A stretch of 64,000 bases of DNA from Eledone cirrhosa (taxonomy: Eukaryota): NCBI GenBank assembly GCA_964016885.1, contig OZ024742.1:286068001-286132000 (forward strand), read 5' to 3'. Position 1 is the stretch's first letter; each line of letters starts with the position of its first letter. Positions 40,469 to 55,208 of this stretch are shown here, piece after piece. The position numbers were made by a program, and so were the translations under genes. Below the pieces are notes generated by a model. That model was given only the letters and a program-made list of their open reading frames with translations, made no database searches and had not been told where the DNA came from.

Positions 40469-41059
40469 CAATTTAAAACAGTGAAATATTTGAAAAATCT
40501 CCTCAAGAAAGGCTAAAAGTTTAACGGACAAAAAAAAGTAATAATACAAGAAATGTATAAAAAAAAAAGAAATATAGTAAAGGAATGTGTGTAAATGTGT
40601 GCATATGCACATACATATGTAAATATGTACATGTGTGTGTATGTACAGCTGCATTTGTATAGTGAAAAAATGTGTGCGTAAGTACATACATGAGGACAAA
40701 CATTAGTGTATGTGTGACCACAAATACGTATATATATATGTTGAAAAAGGAATTGTAAGAAAATGGAGTTAACATACATACAGACTCAGGGACTAAGGGC
40801 TGAAATATATACACATACAAGGATGAAAGGACGCACGAGTATACACATACACACACGCGGAACCACATACATGTGATATATACAGGGAAGGGAGTGTATA
40901 AAGTCAACGCAGTGTCAGACGGAAGCTCGATACAAATATAAAAATATAAAATATGATAAATAAATGAAATAATATATAACAAATAATATATAACAAATTA
41001 AAACAAAGAGAAAGTAAGTGGGAGGGGTTATAATATATGTCCCTCTATTAAATCTTATA

Positions 41060-41538
41060 TCCTTAATAAGAAAACACCCAGAGAACATCAAAATTGCTCC
41101 TGTAGAGTCAAAAGTGAATGCCCATTACAAGGTAAATGCAACACCAAAGCCATTGTATATGAGGCCAAAGTGACAACCACCAGCAACAACTTACCAGCCA
41201 CCAGCGAACGATATGTGGGTATGACACAAGACAAATTCAAAACGCGTTATTACTCACATGTCACATCTTTCCGACATCCTGACAAAAGATTTACAACAGC
41301 TCTGGCTAGCAGAATATGGGATTTGAAGGACCAAGTTATCCAATATAAATTAGATTGGTCAATTTTGAACCAATCTAAAGAATACGCAAGAGGAACAAGA
41401 AGATGCGCACTCTGCATAAGTGAAAAATATTAGATTTTACAGAACCTTAAATCACCAAAAACCTGCCTAAATGCAAAAACAGAAATTTTCGCCAGTTGCC
41501 CACAAATGAAATCACACTTGCTTTCCAGCTCATATAAA
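41060..41538 (+). pseudogene. Hydra-type GIY-YIG endonuclease fragment (in-frame stop at 41431-41433)
   Basis: CSCRVKSECPLQGKC, IVYEAKV..YVGMTQDKFKTRYYSH, CALCISEK, LNAKTEIFASCPQ. Confidence 0.8.
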
Positions 41539-42941
41539 CTTAACTCACTTTCAGACACTTATCGTCCATAAACTCTTGTTCTTCACTTTCCTTAACTTAC
41601 CTTCTTTATAGACTTCTCATTCAGTTTTACTTATCTTTTATTTTTATTTTTACTTTACATCCACTAGTGATTTGATTCATTAACTTATATCTTAACAATT
41701 ATACATTAATTACATTTATTTTACTTCCCCTTTTTTTCACTACCAGATAATACATGTCACCTGTGTTTTTAACTCCAGATATTTTCCGTTGTCCCTCAGC
41801 CGCTTTTATGTATGGATACTTGCGTATATTTTGTACCCATTTATTCATACGGCTGGTTTTTATATATGTATGTATGCATATGCGTGCATGTGTGTCTATA
41901 CGTGTTTGTATATGTATACGAGCGCATTCGTATGTGTGTGTGTATGTGTACATGTGTGTGTATGTGTGCGTTTACGTATACGTGTTTATATATATATATA
42001 TATATATATGGTCGCGTGCGTACGTGTGAATAGCTGTGCATGTATGTATATATATGTGTGTATTGTATGTATGAATGCGTGTATGTGTATGCATGTATGC
42101 GTGTATATGTATGTATGCTTTTGTGCATGTGTTTTTGTCAGTATGTATATATATTTATATATGTATGTGTGAATGAGCTTGTTCGCATATATTTTCTACT
42201 TTTTATTGTTTTTTTTCTAGTGTTACTTTATATATTACAACCCCTCCCACTTGCTTTCTTTTTGCTTTAATTTTTATTCTTATCTTATATATTATTTCAT
42301 TTATTTATCATATTTTATATTTTTTATATTTGTATCGACCTTCCGTCTGACACTGCGTTGACTTTATACACTCCCTTCCCTGTATATATCACATGTAAGT
42401 GGTTGCGCGTGTGTGTATGTGTATACGCGTGCGTCCTTTCATCCTTGTATGTGTATATATTTCAACCCTTAGTCCCTGAGTCTGTATGTATGTTAACTCC
42501 ATTATCTTACAATTTCTATTTTCAACATATATATATATTTATTTGTGGTCACACATACACTAATATGTTTGCTCTCATGTATGTACTTATGCACACATTT
42601 TTTCACTATACACATGCAGTTGTACATACACACACATGTACATATGTACATATGTATGTGTATATGTACACATTTACATACATCCCCTTACTATATTTCT
42701 TTATTTTTATTTTTTTATACATTTCTTGTATTATTACTTTTATTTTATTTTATTTTATTTTATTTTATTTTATTTTATTTTATTTTATTTTATTTTATTG
42801 TATTCGTCTTGTTCGGGAAACCTCTGGTAATCAGGTAATTATATTGTATTGTTTATTATACATTAAATATTTAGCTCTGTAACTTACATAGAGCACTCTT
42901 CATTCCTCTGACTCTTTCAATTTTCAACGGAAACTTCAATA

Positions 42942-43005
<64 letters not shown>

Positions 43006-43063
43006 CATACACATATGTATATATGCATATATATATGTATGTATGTATGTATATATATATATA

Positions 43064-43125
<62 letters not shown>

Positions 43126-43384
43126 TATAGATATGTGTATGTGTGTATATATATATAAACCTTTTTGTATATATCGTTATTTTTTTGTATGTATAGTTTG
43201 TGCCTTCGGTCACATTTTATAGTTTGTGCCTTGGTGTCACATTGTATAACTACAGTGATTAACTCTGGACTTAATGTTTGATTTAACTTTCAATCCATTC
43301 AGTGCTCTGTGATTGCCTCAAAACAAATCGAAATCGAATTGTATATGCTGTACTGCAGCTAAAGTTTGATTTACAAATATTATA

Positions 43385-43463
<79 letters not shown>

Positions 43464-44439
43464 AACATTCATGGTGAAACAGTCCTCCTTATACAGAATT
43501 GCCCAAATGGGGCGATATATGAACCCCTCAAATTGACATTCACACTAACCATCAAGGACCAGTACATTCTCAACAATAACAATAACAATAATGATAAGAA
43601 CTTCTTTGAAATAATAAAAACAATAACAATAACAGTACATGATTAATCTTGTAACTTTGGGGAAGTAAATAGTATTGGCTTTAAAAAATGAAAAAAATAA
43701 AAACTATGAGTGTGGATTAATAGATAAATGCAAAGATGTAAAACTTATTTTAGGATTTTAAATATTGTATACTGAAAACCGCCACTGAGAGAAGATACAA
43801 CTAATTACATATACTCTCGGGTCCCAAATAATAGAGAGGGGTGGAATAAGCGGGGTTAAGGGTTGGATATTTGCTAAAATTCTTAAAATAAACGTGGGTG
43901 TGGGGGTAATTGTATAGTGTATGTTCGTAAAAATGGCATTTCTTGTAATGTTTATCTTTTGTCATATATAATGTTTTTTTTTAAATGTAAAATAAACTTA
44001 ATAAAATAAAGAAAGCATTATTAGATTCTCCAGCTCCTGTATCAATATGAATCACTTACAATAAAAGTTCGCCGGAGATAGATTAGCAAAATTTAATAAA
44101 CGAGGGGTGTGTGGAATAAAAAGGGGAAGGGGGGTGAAGGTTGGAAAAAATCTGAAAAAAAGCAGATATGAATCCCTGATTTGGCTAGCACCAATTATTT
44201 AATATGTGGGAAGTGATATATATATATAAAGGTTAAGCAATGCTAAATAGACGGTAAGATGAAGGCAACAAAAAAAATAGTTACTTGGCAATATTTGTTG
44301 TTTTTTGTTTCTTTCTTTCTTTCCTCCTAATATTCCGTTCAACAGATATAAGGAAGTCTCAGACCCCCCCCCCCCCCAAAAAAAAAACAACCTTCCGTTG
44401 TATTCACTTTGAAATTATACTTAAATTGATTTAATTATT

Positions 44440-44815
44440 TCTGATCCTGGCACAAAGCCAACAATTTAGGGAGACGAGAAAATCGATTGTATCGACCCCA
44501 GTATTCAACTGGTATTTCATTTTATTGACATCGGAAGGATGAACGGTAAAGTTGACCTCGGCCGGATTTGGACTTAGATAGTAAAGAACTGACATAAATA
44601 TTGATTTCTAATTTAGGCACAAGGCCAGCAAAGCTGGGGAATGGGGAGAGCAAAGTTGATTAAGTCAATCCAGTCATTCACTGGTATTTTATTTATCGAC
44701 CCCAAAATGATGAAAGACCAAGATGACCTCGGCTGGATTTGAACTCAGATCGTAAAAGGGCATAACCCTATGCTATACAACATTGTTCGACGCTCTACCG
44801 ATACTGCCAATCCAT
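44440..44815 (-). mobile_element. Two decayed SINE copies (main family)
   Basis: GGCACAAGGCCAGC..ATCGACCCC..GATGAA..GACCTCGG motifs. Confidence 0.65.
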
Positions 44816-45247
44816 GGCTCTGAATAAGAAACAATAATTAAGTATACTAGCAGTGCGACGAATACGACTCGATGAAATAACTATCACATTTTAAATTCAA
44901 TACTGAGGTTGATATGATCGACTAAAATCTTTGTGGTTCAGCATGGCTGCACTTAAATGACCGAAACCAGTAAGAAAATAATTAAAAAATATATAAATAA
45001 AACCAAAAATAATAGGATAAATATCTCCCATTAGAATTGTGTTTTGGGAATTAAAATGTCTTCTAAAAAACGAAGATAGCAATATATGCATGATATCTTG
45101 GAACTGACAAGATATCTTTGCTTAATTAGTTTTTGAAGACCTCGAAACTGACAGACACAAAGACGTATCATTTCCCAGTAGTATTGTTCAATACTAAGTA
45201 TATAGATTATTACAATGTTTAACCAATATGTTACCATATTTAATAAT

Positions 45248-45700
45248 GGCTTCTGATTTAGGCACAAGGCCAGCAATTTTGGGAGAGGGGGGAAAAGTCG
45301 ATTAAATCGACCCGAGTGCATTACTGGCCAGGGCTGGATTTAATGGGGGGGGGGGGGGGCAAAGGGGGGAATTACCTCGGGCCCCCTTCAGTGAGGGTCC
45401 CACCAGCGACGGTCGTACACATTTTAGTACTTGTATGTATAACTTTTCAATTCTAATTACTTGCCCTGAGCTAAATTGATATGTAATTATTTTTTGTCGT
45501 GGTGGTGGTGGTGGGGAGGGGGGTTCTAATTTTTGTATAAGAGGGCCACCCCACGAAGGTTTAAATCCAACCATGTTACTGGTACTTTATTTCATCGACC
45601 CCGTAAGCTACTCTCGGCGAAATTTGAATGTAAAGTGCCGTATCTCTATGCGGCAAAGAATGTTGTCCAATGCGTTACTGATATTGCCAATCCAACGCCC
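45248..45700 (-). mobile_element. SINE interrupted by a MITE
   Basis: SINE sequence is continuous on either side of 45329-45575. Confidence 0.65.
45329..45575. mobile_element. hAT-type MITE
   Basis: TIRs CAGGGCTGGATTTAA / TTAAATCCAACCATG; 8-bp TSD TTACTGGC/TTACTGGT. Confidence 0.75.
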
Positions 45701-46621
45701 TGCTACCATATTTAGTAATATGATGAAATACAATCGTGTTTCAATTAATTAATGAAGAATTGGGATGGATTTACAATTAGATTTAACTATTTTATTATTA
45801 AGATAGTATTTATGGTGGTGGATTGGCTGTGTCAGCAGAGCACCGGACAACATGCTATCTGACATAATTATAGCGGGCTTCTGTAGTTTACACCAACCAA
45901 AGTCAACTCCAGAGGTATTATTCAGACAGGTTAACTCCCTCCGTCTGACGGGGAGGTCACCTACCCACTTGGGGATAGTTGAGAGATATCTTCTCTTTGA
46001 AAATGGGTATAGCTTTTATTATGTAAAATCTCCCCATTTTGCCTCATTTCTCCCTGTTTTGGGGGTACTTTTTTTTCATGGTACTCCTCGTTGGGGTTTT
46101 TAGAGATTGGCAGGTGTGCATTATTACTGAAATGCACTGGGGAATTTGCTGGCCTTGTGCCAAAAGTAGAAACAATTATTACTGAAAACAACCCGATGCT
46201 ATAGGATAAGACAGCTGCCCAAAGTAACATGCCGTGTGACTAAACCCAGAACCATATGATTGCGAAACTACGAACTCCTTAAACCCTTAAACACAACCAA
46301 GCAGAAAAATAAAGTAAATATGAAATAAAATTTAAAAATAAATATGATGTAGCGTGAAATATGAAGTACTTAAGACGTGTCTTTCTCCGTTATAAATAAA
46401 CAGCAAATGTATTAGAGTGGGAGGAGGAGAAGTAGGAGGTAGACTTAAAAGAAAAGGTCTAACGATAACGCCCTCTCCTTCCTTCCTAGTCACATATATA
46501 CACCTGATATATGATAACGATATTGATAATAAAAAAAGGAAAAAAACATTATCATAGATGTTTATCGTTTGTTGATTGTTTTGTTTTGTTTTGTGGGTGT
46601 AATATATGCACGTATATATAT

Positions 46622-47092
<471 letters not shown>

Positions 47093-47240
47093 CAGATTAA
47101 AGTTTAAGCAAAGAATCGCTGCTTTCACCCTTAACGGGATCTTCTGAAACTAACAAAGTCAATCTGTGAACGCAGAAGTGAATATTTCAAAAAACGTTGC
47201 AACCGGAGGAAGACAGGAAGACGATACTTTGGTTGGTGGA

Positions 47241-47506
47241 AACGTTCCCTGGCAAAGAACGGGAAAAAACGAATATAATACGTCATTATTTGGAGCAGTG
47301 AAAAACAATTACACGCAAAGACAAGACCACGTTTATGGTATAAAAGAAGTCGTAGACTAATATTCTATTAGGTTGTTTATAGAGACGTTCTCTGGCAATG
47401 AACGGAAAAAACGAAGATAACACGTCATATGTGGAGCGGTGAGAACAATTGCACAGAAAGACAAAACCACGTAAATGGTATAACTGAAGTCGTAGACTAA
47501 AATTCT
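47241..47506. repeat. Two ~125-bp direct repeats
   Basis: ACGTTC.CTGGCAA...GAAGTCGTAGACTAA.ATTCTA at 47243 and 47384. Confidence 0.75.
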
Positions 47507-47997
47507 AACTAGGAAACCGAATGATTCTCGGCTTCAGAGTTAAGAATAAAGTAAATAAAATACAGGGGTAATTGAAATTAAATAAATACATACACGCATC
47601 CATAAACGTACATACACAAGCATACGCGAAAACACTCGCCATAGGTATACAAATACACGCACGTACACACAAATAAAAACCCCGCATGCACATACAGAAC
47701 CCACGCAACTCCTGTACCCGCACACATACGAATGTATACGCCAAATACACATAAAAATATATATTAAAAAAAAAAATATATATATATATGTGTGTGTGTG
47801 TGTGCGTGTATACATATAATTAAATAAACGTATATAAATAAATAAATAAATACGTATATAACAAGCGCACACACATACCTACATGTAAATACACAAATGT
47901 TCGGAGACGTACGTCAACCAAAACAAAAAGTACACATATACACACGCTACATACGTACGAACCCGCATACTCACACAGACGCAAAACTCCAGTATAC

Positions 47998-48583
47998 ACA
48001 TTCACAGTAAAGTGACCAGTGAAAAACTCGGTACATCTACATATGTACACGTGTGTGTATTCATATGCATACTAGTATTTCAGTATACATATGTAGATGT
48101 ACATTTTTAACCTAATTGTTTAAGCGTCAGTCATACAAAAGTGAGTTACAAACGAAACGAAATTTAATTTCGTTTCGTTATTTGTTTTTATCGTCTCCGT
48201 TGAACCGGTACGTACTCACGCTCTATGCAAATTAGTCTGCCCACTACTAATTTTCATAGAAAAAGCATATAACGATATGTGCTTTTACGATTCTCTAGAA
48301 AGGCCGGAAGATAGGTAAATATTGCTGATGAGATGTAACAACATCGAAACTAGTCCAATATTCCTTGTCTGGCTTTCTGGAGAATAGAGGAAAGGTGTTT
48401 CCTCGAAAACCAGTATGACTCTAAAAACCGGTTTGTCTGTGTGTTTACATACAGAATAGCTGGACATTCACAGTAAAGTGACCAGTGAAAAACTCGGTAC
48501 ATCTACATATGTACACGTATGTGTATTCATATGCATACTAGTATTTCAGTATACATATGTGGATGTACATTTTTAACCTAATT

Positions 48584-48588
<5 letters not shown>
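47998..48588 (+). mobile_element. Non-coding terminally redundant HHR element (unit ~466 bp)
   Basis: 47998-48122 repeated at 48464-48588; canonical HHR inside; ends in (TA)n. Confidence 0.75.
48318..48362 (+). ncRNA. Canonical minimal type I hammerhead ribozyme
   Basis: AATATTG-CTGATGA-GATGT-AACA-ACATC-GAAA-CTAG-TC-CAATATT; 7-bp helix I, GUC site. Confidence 0.9.
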
Positions 48589-49527
<939 letters not shown>

Positions 49528-49720
49528 TATATATACATATAACATTTTCGTTCTACATGGCTGAATACAATATGTTTACATGCTAACACAAGAGCAAGAA
49601 AGAGGGGCTCATTCTACTGAAATGTTTTTAGGCTTCTTTGCATAATTGCAAAGAAATCGATTTTTATTATTAATATTCGAAAAACTCAGATTACATTTAT
49701 ATATATATATATATATATAT

Positions 49721-50182
49721 TTAGAAACACACAGATACATGCGGACACACATATATACATGAATGCATCCGCACCCAACCGTGAGTTAAGGGTGCCAACT
49801 TCACCGATGTTGCTCAATGAATGACTGGGACAGACCAATCCGGTTGAACCAGACTGAACCAGTATCAGAGTTAAAAATACATTATGAAGAGAGAAGAAAC
49901 ATTTAGATATAATTAGTAATAAAATGTATCATACCTAAACTGCTCCTAGATTCCTCGACTACGTAGTTTCGTGGCATAAACAAAAACAATACATCATAAA
50001 GATATAGAGTCCCTGCGAGGTCTGCCGACTTATCAAGAGGATACCTCATTTTACTAGTCTCAAGAACGCGTCTACACGACGTGAGAAAGAATCCGAAACT
50101 ACGTAGTCGAGGAATCTAGGAGCAGTTTAGGTATGATACATTTTATTACTAATTATATCTAAATGTTTCTTCTCTCTTCATA

Positions 50183-50187
<5 letters not shown>
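49721..50187 (-). mobile_element. PLE-type short insertion with a ~90-bp inverted arm and variant HHR (49951-50042, -)
   Basis: 49879-49970 is inverted at 50095-50186; minus strand reads TCCTC-TTGATAA-GTCGGCA...TGCCAC-GAAA-CTACGTAG-TC-GAGGA. Confidence 0.65.
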
Positions 50188-50214
<27 letters not shown>

Positions 50215-50216
<2 letters not shown>

Positions 50217-51740
50217 TTGCGAGGTTTTTGATATGAAATCGTGTGTCGAAACAAATATTGTGATACTTGGGGAGGGTCATATTTGTGTAATATTGACAGA
50301 ATTAATAACAGAACACACTCACTGCTTGGTTGGTTTTCGCTTTTCGCTTCTGTGTCTTTTATATCGGTAATCTAATTTATTCCGTCCTCAATGTTGCCAT
50401 TGATTGACCAACGGTCAAAAATAATACAGATACAATATAGACACAAACACATATATATAGTTTATCAAAGTTCTTTCGTTGCACATCTGCAACATCGTCA
50501 GTGGTGCTATTGTTTCTTCCCGTTGCATTGTATTTTCTACGCCATCTTTATTTAGTCTGTTTATATATTTATTTATTAGTTTATTTTATTTGTCTTCTTT
50601 GCGCATGCGTTTGCGTGTGTGTATAGTGTTTTGTTTGATGTGTGTTCGTGATTGGGTGACTGTGTATAGGTTAATGTATTCTATCTTTACTAGTGTGTGT
50701 TTATATGTGTTTGTTGTTATTGTGCTTGTGTATGTATTTATTTATTTATTTATCTATTTATTTATTTATACTTCTCTTAGGTCAGTGTTGTTTGTTTGGG
50801 TGTTGTTGTTATTCCATTCATTCTTTCTGTTTAGCCTTGGCCTTCTAAGTTCTATTTCACTGGCCTCTCTGATTTGCCTATCTGTTGGGTCATTTCTATG
50901 TTTAGATATTATTCTAATTTCTATGTTGTCTATGTTACCGTCGTGTTGTTGTCTGGCATGTTCGTATAGTACTGAACCGTTTTTTCGTCCTTTTAGTTCA
51001 CCCCAATGTTGGTCTATCCTCTCACCTATGCTACGAGCTGTCTCGCCTATGTATGTTGTTGTCATGTTTCTGCAAGTACCCTCTGTACATTTTATGCTAT
51101 AGACTACGTTTCTATTTTTACAGTTTATCCGGGGTTTACCTTACATATGATACATTTCCTATTATTACAGTGGGTTTTCTTAAAAGGGTAGGTTTTGCTG
51201 ATCAGGGATTTTATGGTGGTTCCTGGCTTTTCTACCACCTTAATCTTTAAGTGGGTCTTTCTCAGGGCCTTTCTACACTGGTTAGCTAATTTCCCTCCAG
51301 GGGTAGCGTCCACAAACATGACACTCTGGTATCTCTGGTTGTCGTACCATGAGGTGGCTTTCGCTATCTTATGTCTATCCCTAACTAAGCTATTCCATGA
51401 TTTGCTCCTGTATAATGGGCAAATTCCTTTCCTGTCCAGTACTATGAGGGTCTTATACTTCTCCATGGCTCCTTCGTATACTCTGACTCTGTCTCTTTGG
51501 TTGTAGCCAGAGAACTGCATGCGGTTGATGAAGTGTTAGATGTGTCTTTCCATTTCTGTTGGGTCGCACATGCGGGACACATTCTTCATCACTCGTACCA
51601 AATCTGCGATCAGAATATTAAACTTAGCACTACTGGACATTGCTGAGTTTTTGAGTATCAGGTATTTGGAGGCCATGGGTTTAGCATAGTGTGAGTGGAG
51701 AATTTGGGCTCTCTCGTCTATAGTGTTAATCCAAACACCC
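50215..51740 (-). mobile_element. 5'-truncated PLE (Nematis-like): RT thumb + GIY-YIG pseudogene 51740-50766 and 3' UTR
   Basis: HYAKPMAS, MFVDATPGGKLA, IKVVEKPG, CNNRKCIIC, VVY..C, YIGETARSIGERIDQH, EHARQQH; HHR-like motif at 50461-50505. Confidence 0.75.
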
Positions 51741-53010
51741 TAACAATAGACTACCTGTATTAGACACGGAACTCTGGATTAACGCTATAGACGAGAGAGC
51801 CCAAATTCTGATTGCGGATTTGGTACGGGTGATGAGAAACGTGTCCCGCATGTGCAACCCCAAAGAACTAGAGAGACACATACAACACTTCATCCACCGT
51901 ATGCAGTTCTCTGGTTACAATCAGAGAGATAAAATCAGAGTATATAGAGGAGCCAGAACCAAATGGGAAAAAATGGTAAATAATGATACAAATGGGACCT
52001 GCCCCTTGTATATTTCGGAATAGAATAGAAAGAACTAGAAATAAGGTTAATAGAATAAACTCATGGTATGATAGCAATAAATACCAGCAATACAACCCCT
52101 AGAGGTGAATTAGCTTGCAATTTTAGAAGGACCCTAGATAAACATAAACTCAATATTAAGATAGTAGAAAGACCGGGTACCTCCATAAAAACACTTATTA
52201 GCAATACATACCCTTTTCAAAGACCTCCCTGTATAGATTAGAAAGGTATAATCTGTAAACTAAGCCCCCATATTAACTGTAAAACTAGAAATGTAGTATA
52301 TAGCATAACATGTACTGAAGGACAATGTAGAGATACGAATATAGTGTACATAGGTGAGACAGCTCGTAGTATAGGAGAACAGATAAACGAACACTGGCGA
52401 GAGCTTCAAGATAGTAAAGAATCATCTGTACTCCACCAACATGCTAAAATAGAACATAAGGGTAAATTAGTGAACATAGAAATAAAAATAGAATCTACAC
52501 ACAGAAAAGACGCAATGTTTAGACACATCACAGAGGCAATAAACATAAATGAACTCCAACCAAAATTAAATAGAAAACATAAATGGAATAGCAACATCAC
52601 AACCTACAATTAAGGACAAAATGAAAACACACACACACACATAGAACAAACAACCAACCAGTAACATGTAAATAAACAAATAAATAAACAAATATAAACA
52701 CACACAGACACCCAGATATAACACATGCGCAAACTAAGTACACAAGACACAGACAAAAACAAGATGGCGTAGGACAGAACAAAGGAGAGGCACAAAAAAC
52801 AAAGAAAAGAATCCCCAGTCACTGAAGAGGTCACATAATGTGTGACGAAAGAACTTTGACAATACATGAACAACCGTCCGGTTGTGGAACCAACCAACCG
52901 GAAATTCATAAATTCTTAAATTTATAAATTTAATTTATAATAAATTGGAGTGAAAGCAACTGGTGCGTGTGTTTCTTATTGGCAACATGACCCTCCCAAA
53001 GCATAACAAT
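51741..53010 (+). mobile_element. Second, diverged 5'-truncated PLE (Nematis-like): pseudogene 51741-52613 and 3' UTR
   Basis: LPVLDTELW, MQFSGYNQRD, YIGETARSIGEQINEH, QHAKIEH; HHR at 52818-52860. Confidence 0.75.
52818..52860 (+). ncRNA. Minimal hammerhead motif
   Basis: GTCA-CTGAAGA-G-GTCACA-TAATG-TGTGAC-GAAA-GAAC-TT-TGAC. Confidence 0.7.
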
Positions 53011-53015
53011 ATATA

Positions 53016-53119
<104 letters not shown>

Positions 53120-53128
53120 ATATATATG

Positions 53129-53186
<58 letters not shown>

Positions 53187-53214
53187 AATATATATATATA
53201 TGTATATTAATGTA

Positions 53215-53245
<31 letters not shown>

Positions 53246-53263
53246 GTATATATACATATATAC

Positions 53264-53356
<93 letters not shown>

Positions 53357-53371
53357 CATATATATATATCT

Positions 53372-53476
<105 letters not shown>

Positions 53477-53526
53477 CATATTTATTTCATTATACATATT
53501 TCAGGGATACCAAATTAAATTATGGT

Positions 53527-55208
53527 ATGAAGGATCACAAAAGAAACTTTGAAAATGATTTACCAGTCAGACTAATTGCACCATCTAAATCTGACCTGGG
53601 CAAACTTACCAAAAATATTCTAGACAGAGTAATACAACAAATTAAAAACTTACCTAATTTATCTTACTTAAAATTATGGAAAGGGACTAGTGAGGTTATC
53701 GATTGGTTTAAAGAAATTAAATATAACTATAATAATAAGTTTATTCAGCTGGATATTGCTAACTACTATTCATCTATCACTCCTAATCTACTGAACAAGG
53801 CACTAAATTACGCATTTAAACATACAGACCTAACTAGCAATGAAATGCACATTATATTATCGGCAAGGAAAACATTGATAGAATTTAATAACCAACTCTG
53901 GACTAGGGCAGATAGAAATAATAATTTCGACATAACTATGGGATCATCAGACTCAGCTCAGGTAACGGACCTTGTGGGCCTATTTATAATTAATTCGCTA
54001 CATAGAAAAATACCAGGTGTAACCGGAGGCTTATATCGTGATGACATGCTTTTACTTATAGAAAATAATAGCTGTGAACTAAATAGAAAAAGAAAACAAA
54101 TTATACAATTTTTTAATTACCTTAATCTAAAAGTAGAAATAGAGAATAACCATAAAATAGTCAATTTTCTAGATGTAACACTAAATCTCAACACATGCCT
54201 TCATTATCCATTTCACAAACTAAATGAGAACTTGAATTATGTTAATTTTAACTCTAATCACCCCAGATCTGTTAAAAATACTACAGTGAACTCTGTTCAA
54301 GAACGAATTTCAATAATTTCATCTAGTAAAAATATATTTGATGAAAAAGCGCAGTATTACAACGAAGCGTTAGGTAGAGCTGGATATAGAAATAAAATTA
54401 AATACATCGATAATAATAATAATAAGCAAACTAACCAAAATAATAACAATTTTAATTATGGTAACAACTTTAACAACTATAATAGAGAACATTACAATAA
54501 TTCCAAAAGCCGAAAAAGAAATAGAACTAGAAATATATTATGGTTTGCTCCCCCTTTCTCACTAAATATTAAAACCCCTATTGCTAAACTATTCTTTAAA
54601 GCTCTTGACAAACGCTTCCCTAGAACACATAAATATTATTCAATTTTTAATAGACATACTATAAAATTAACTTACTCGTCCACCAAAAATTTAGCACAAA
54701 ATATTAATAGAATTAATAATAGAAACTTAAAACCTAACCAAAATACCAATAATAACCCAAGCAATATTCAATTGAATAACTGTAACTGTAGAAATAAATC
54801 TAACTGTCCGTTAAATAACAACTGCTTAGCTAAAAATGTAGTGTACAATTGTAATGTTAAAACTAATTTAAATTCATTTAACTATGTCGGTTCTACCTCT
54901 ACAGAATTTAAATTTCGCTTCAATAATCATAAAAATTCTTTCACAGATCCAAACAAAAAATCTTCAACTTCGCTATCTAGCCTACTATGGGACCTAAAAC
55001 GAGATAATGTTAAATATTCGATGACTTGGAATATTATTTCAAAAGCTACTCCTTTTAATTCCTCTTCAGAAAATTGTGATCTTTGTATTGAAGATTATTC
55101 TTTATATTAATGTCCAAAAATTCCCTTAATTTAAGGAATAATTTATTCAGTTGCTGCAGACATAGATTGAACTCAACGTTTAAATATAAATATAAATTTA
55201 AAATGTAG
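53527..55208 (+). CDS. PLE (Hydra) RT + GIY-YIG, N-terminally truncated, 1-nt frameshift at ~55095
   Basis: [58 protein letters not shown]; shifted frame [23 protein letters not shown]. Confidence 0.88.
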
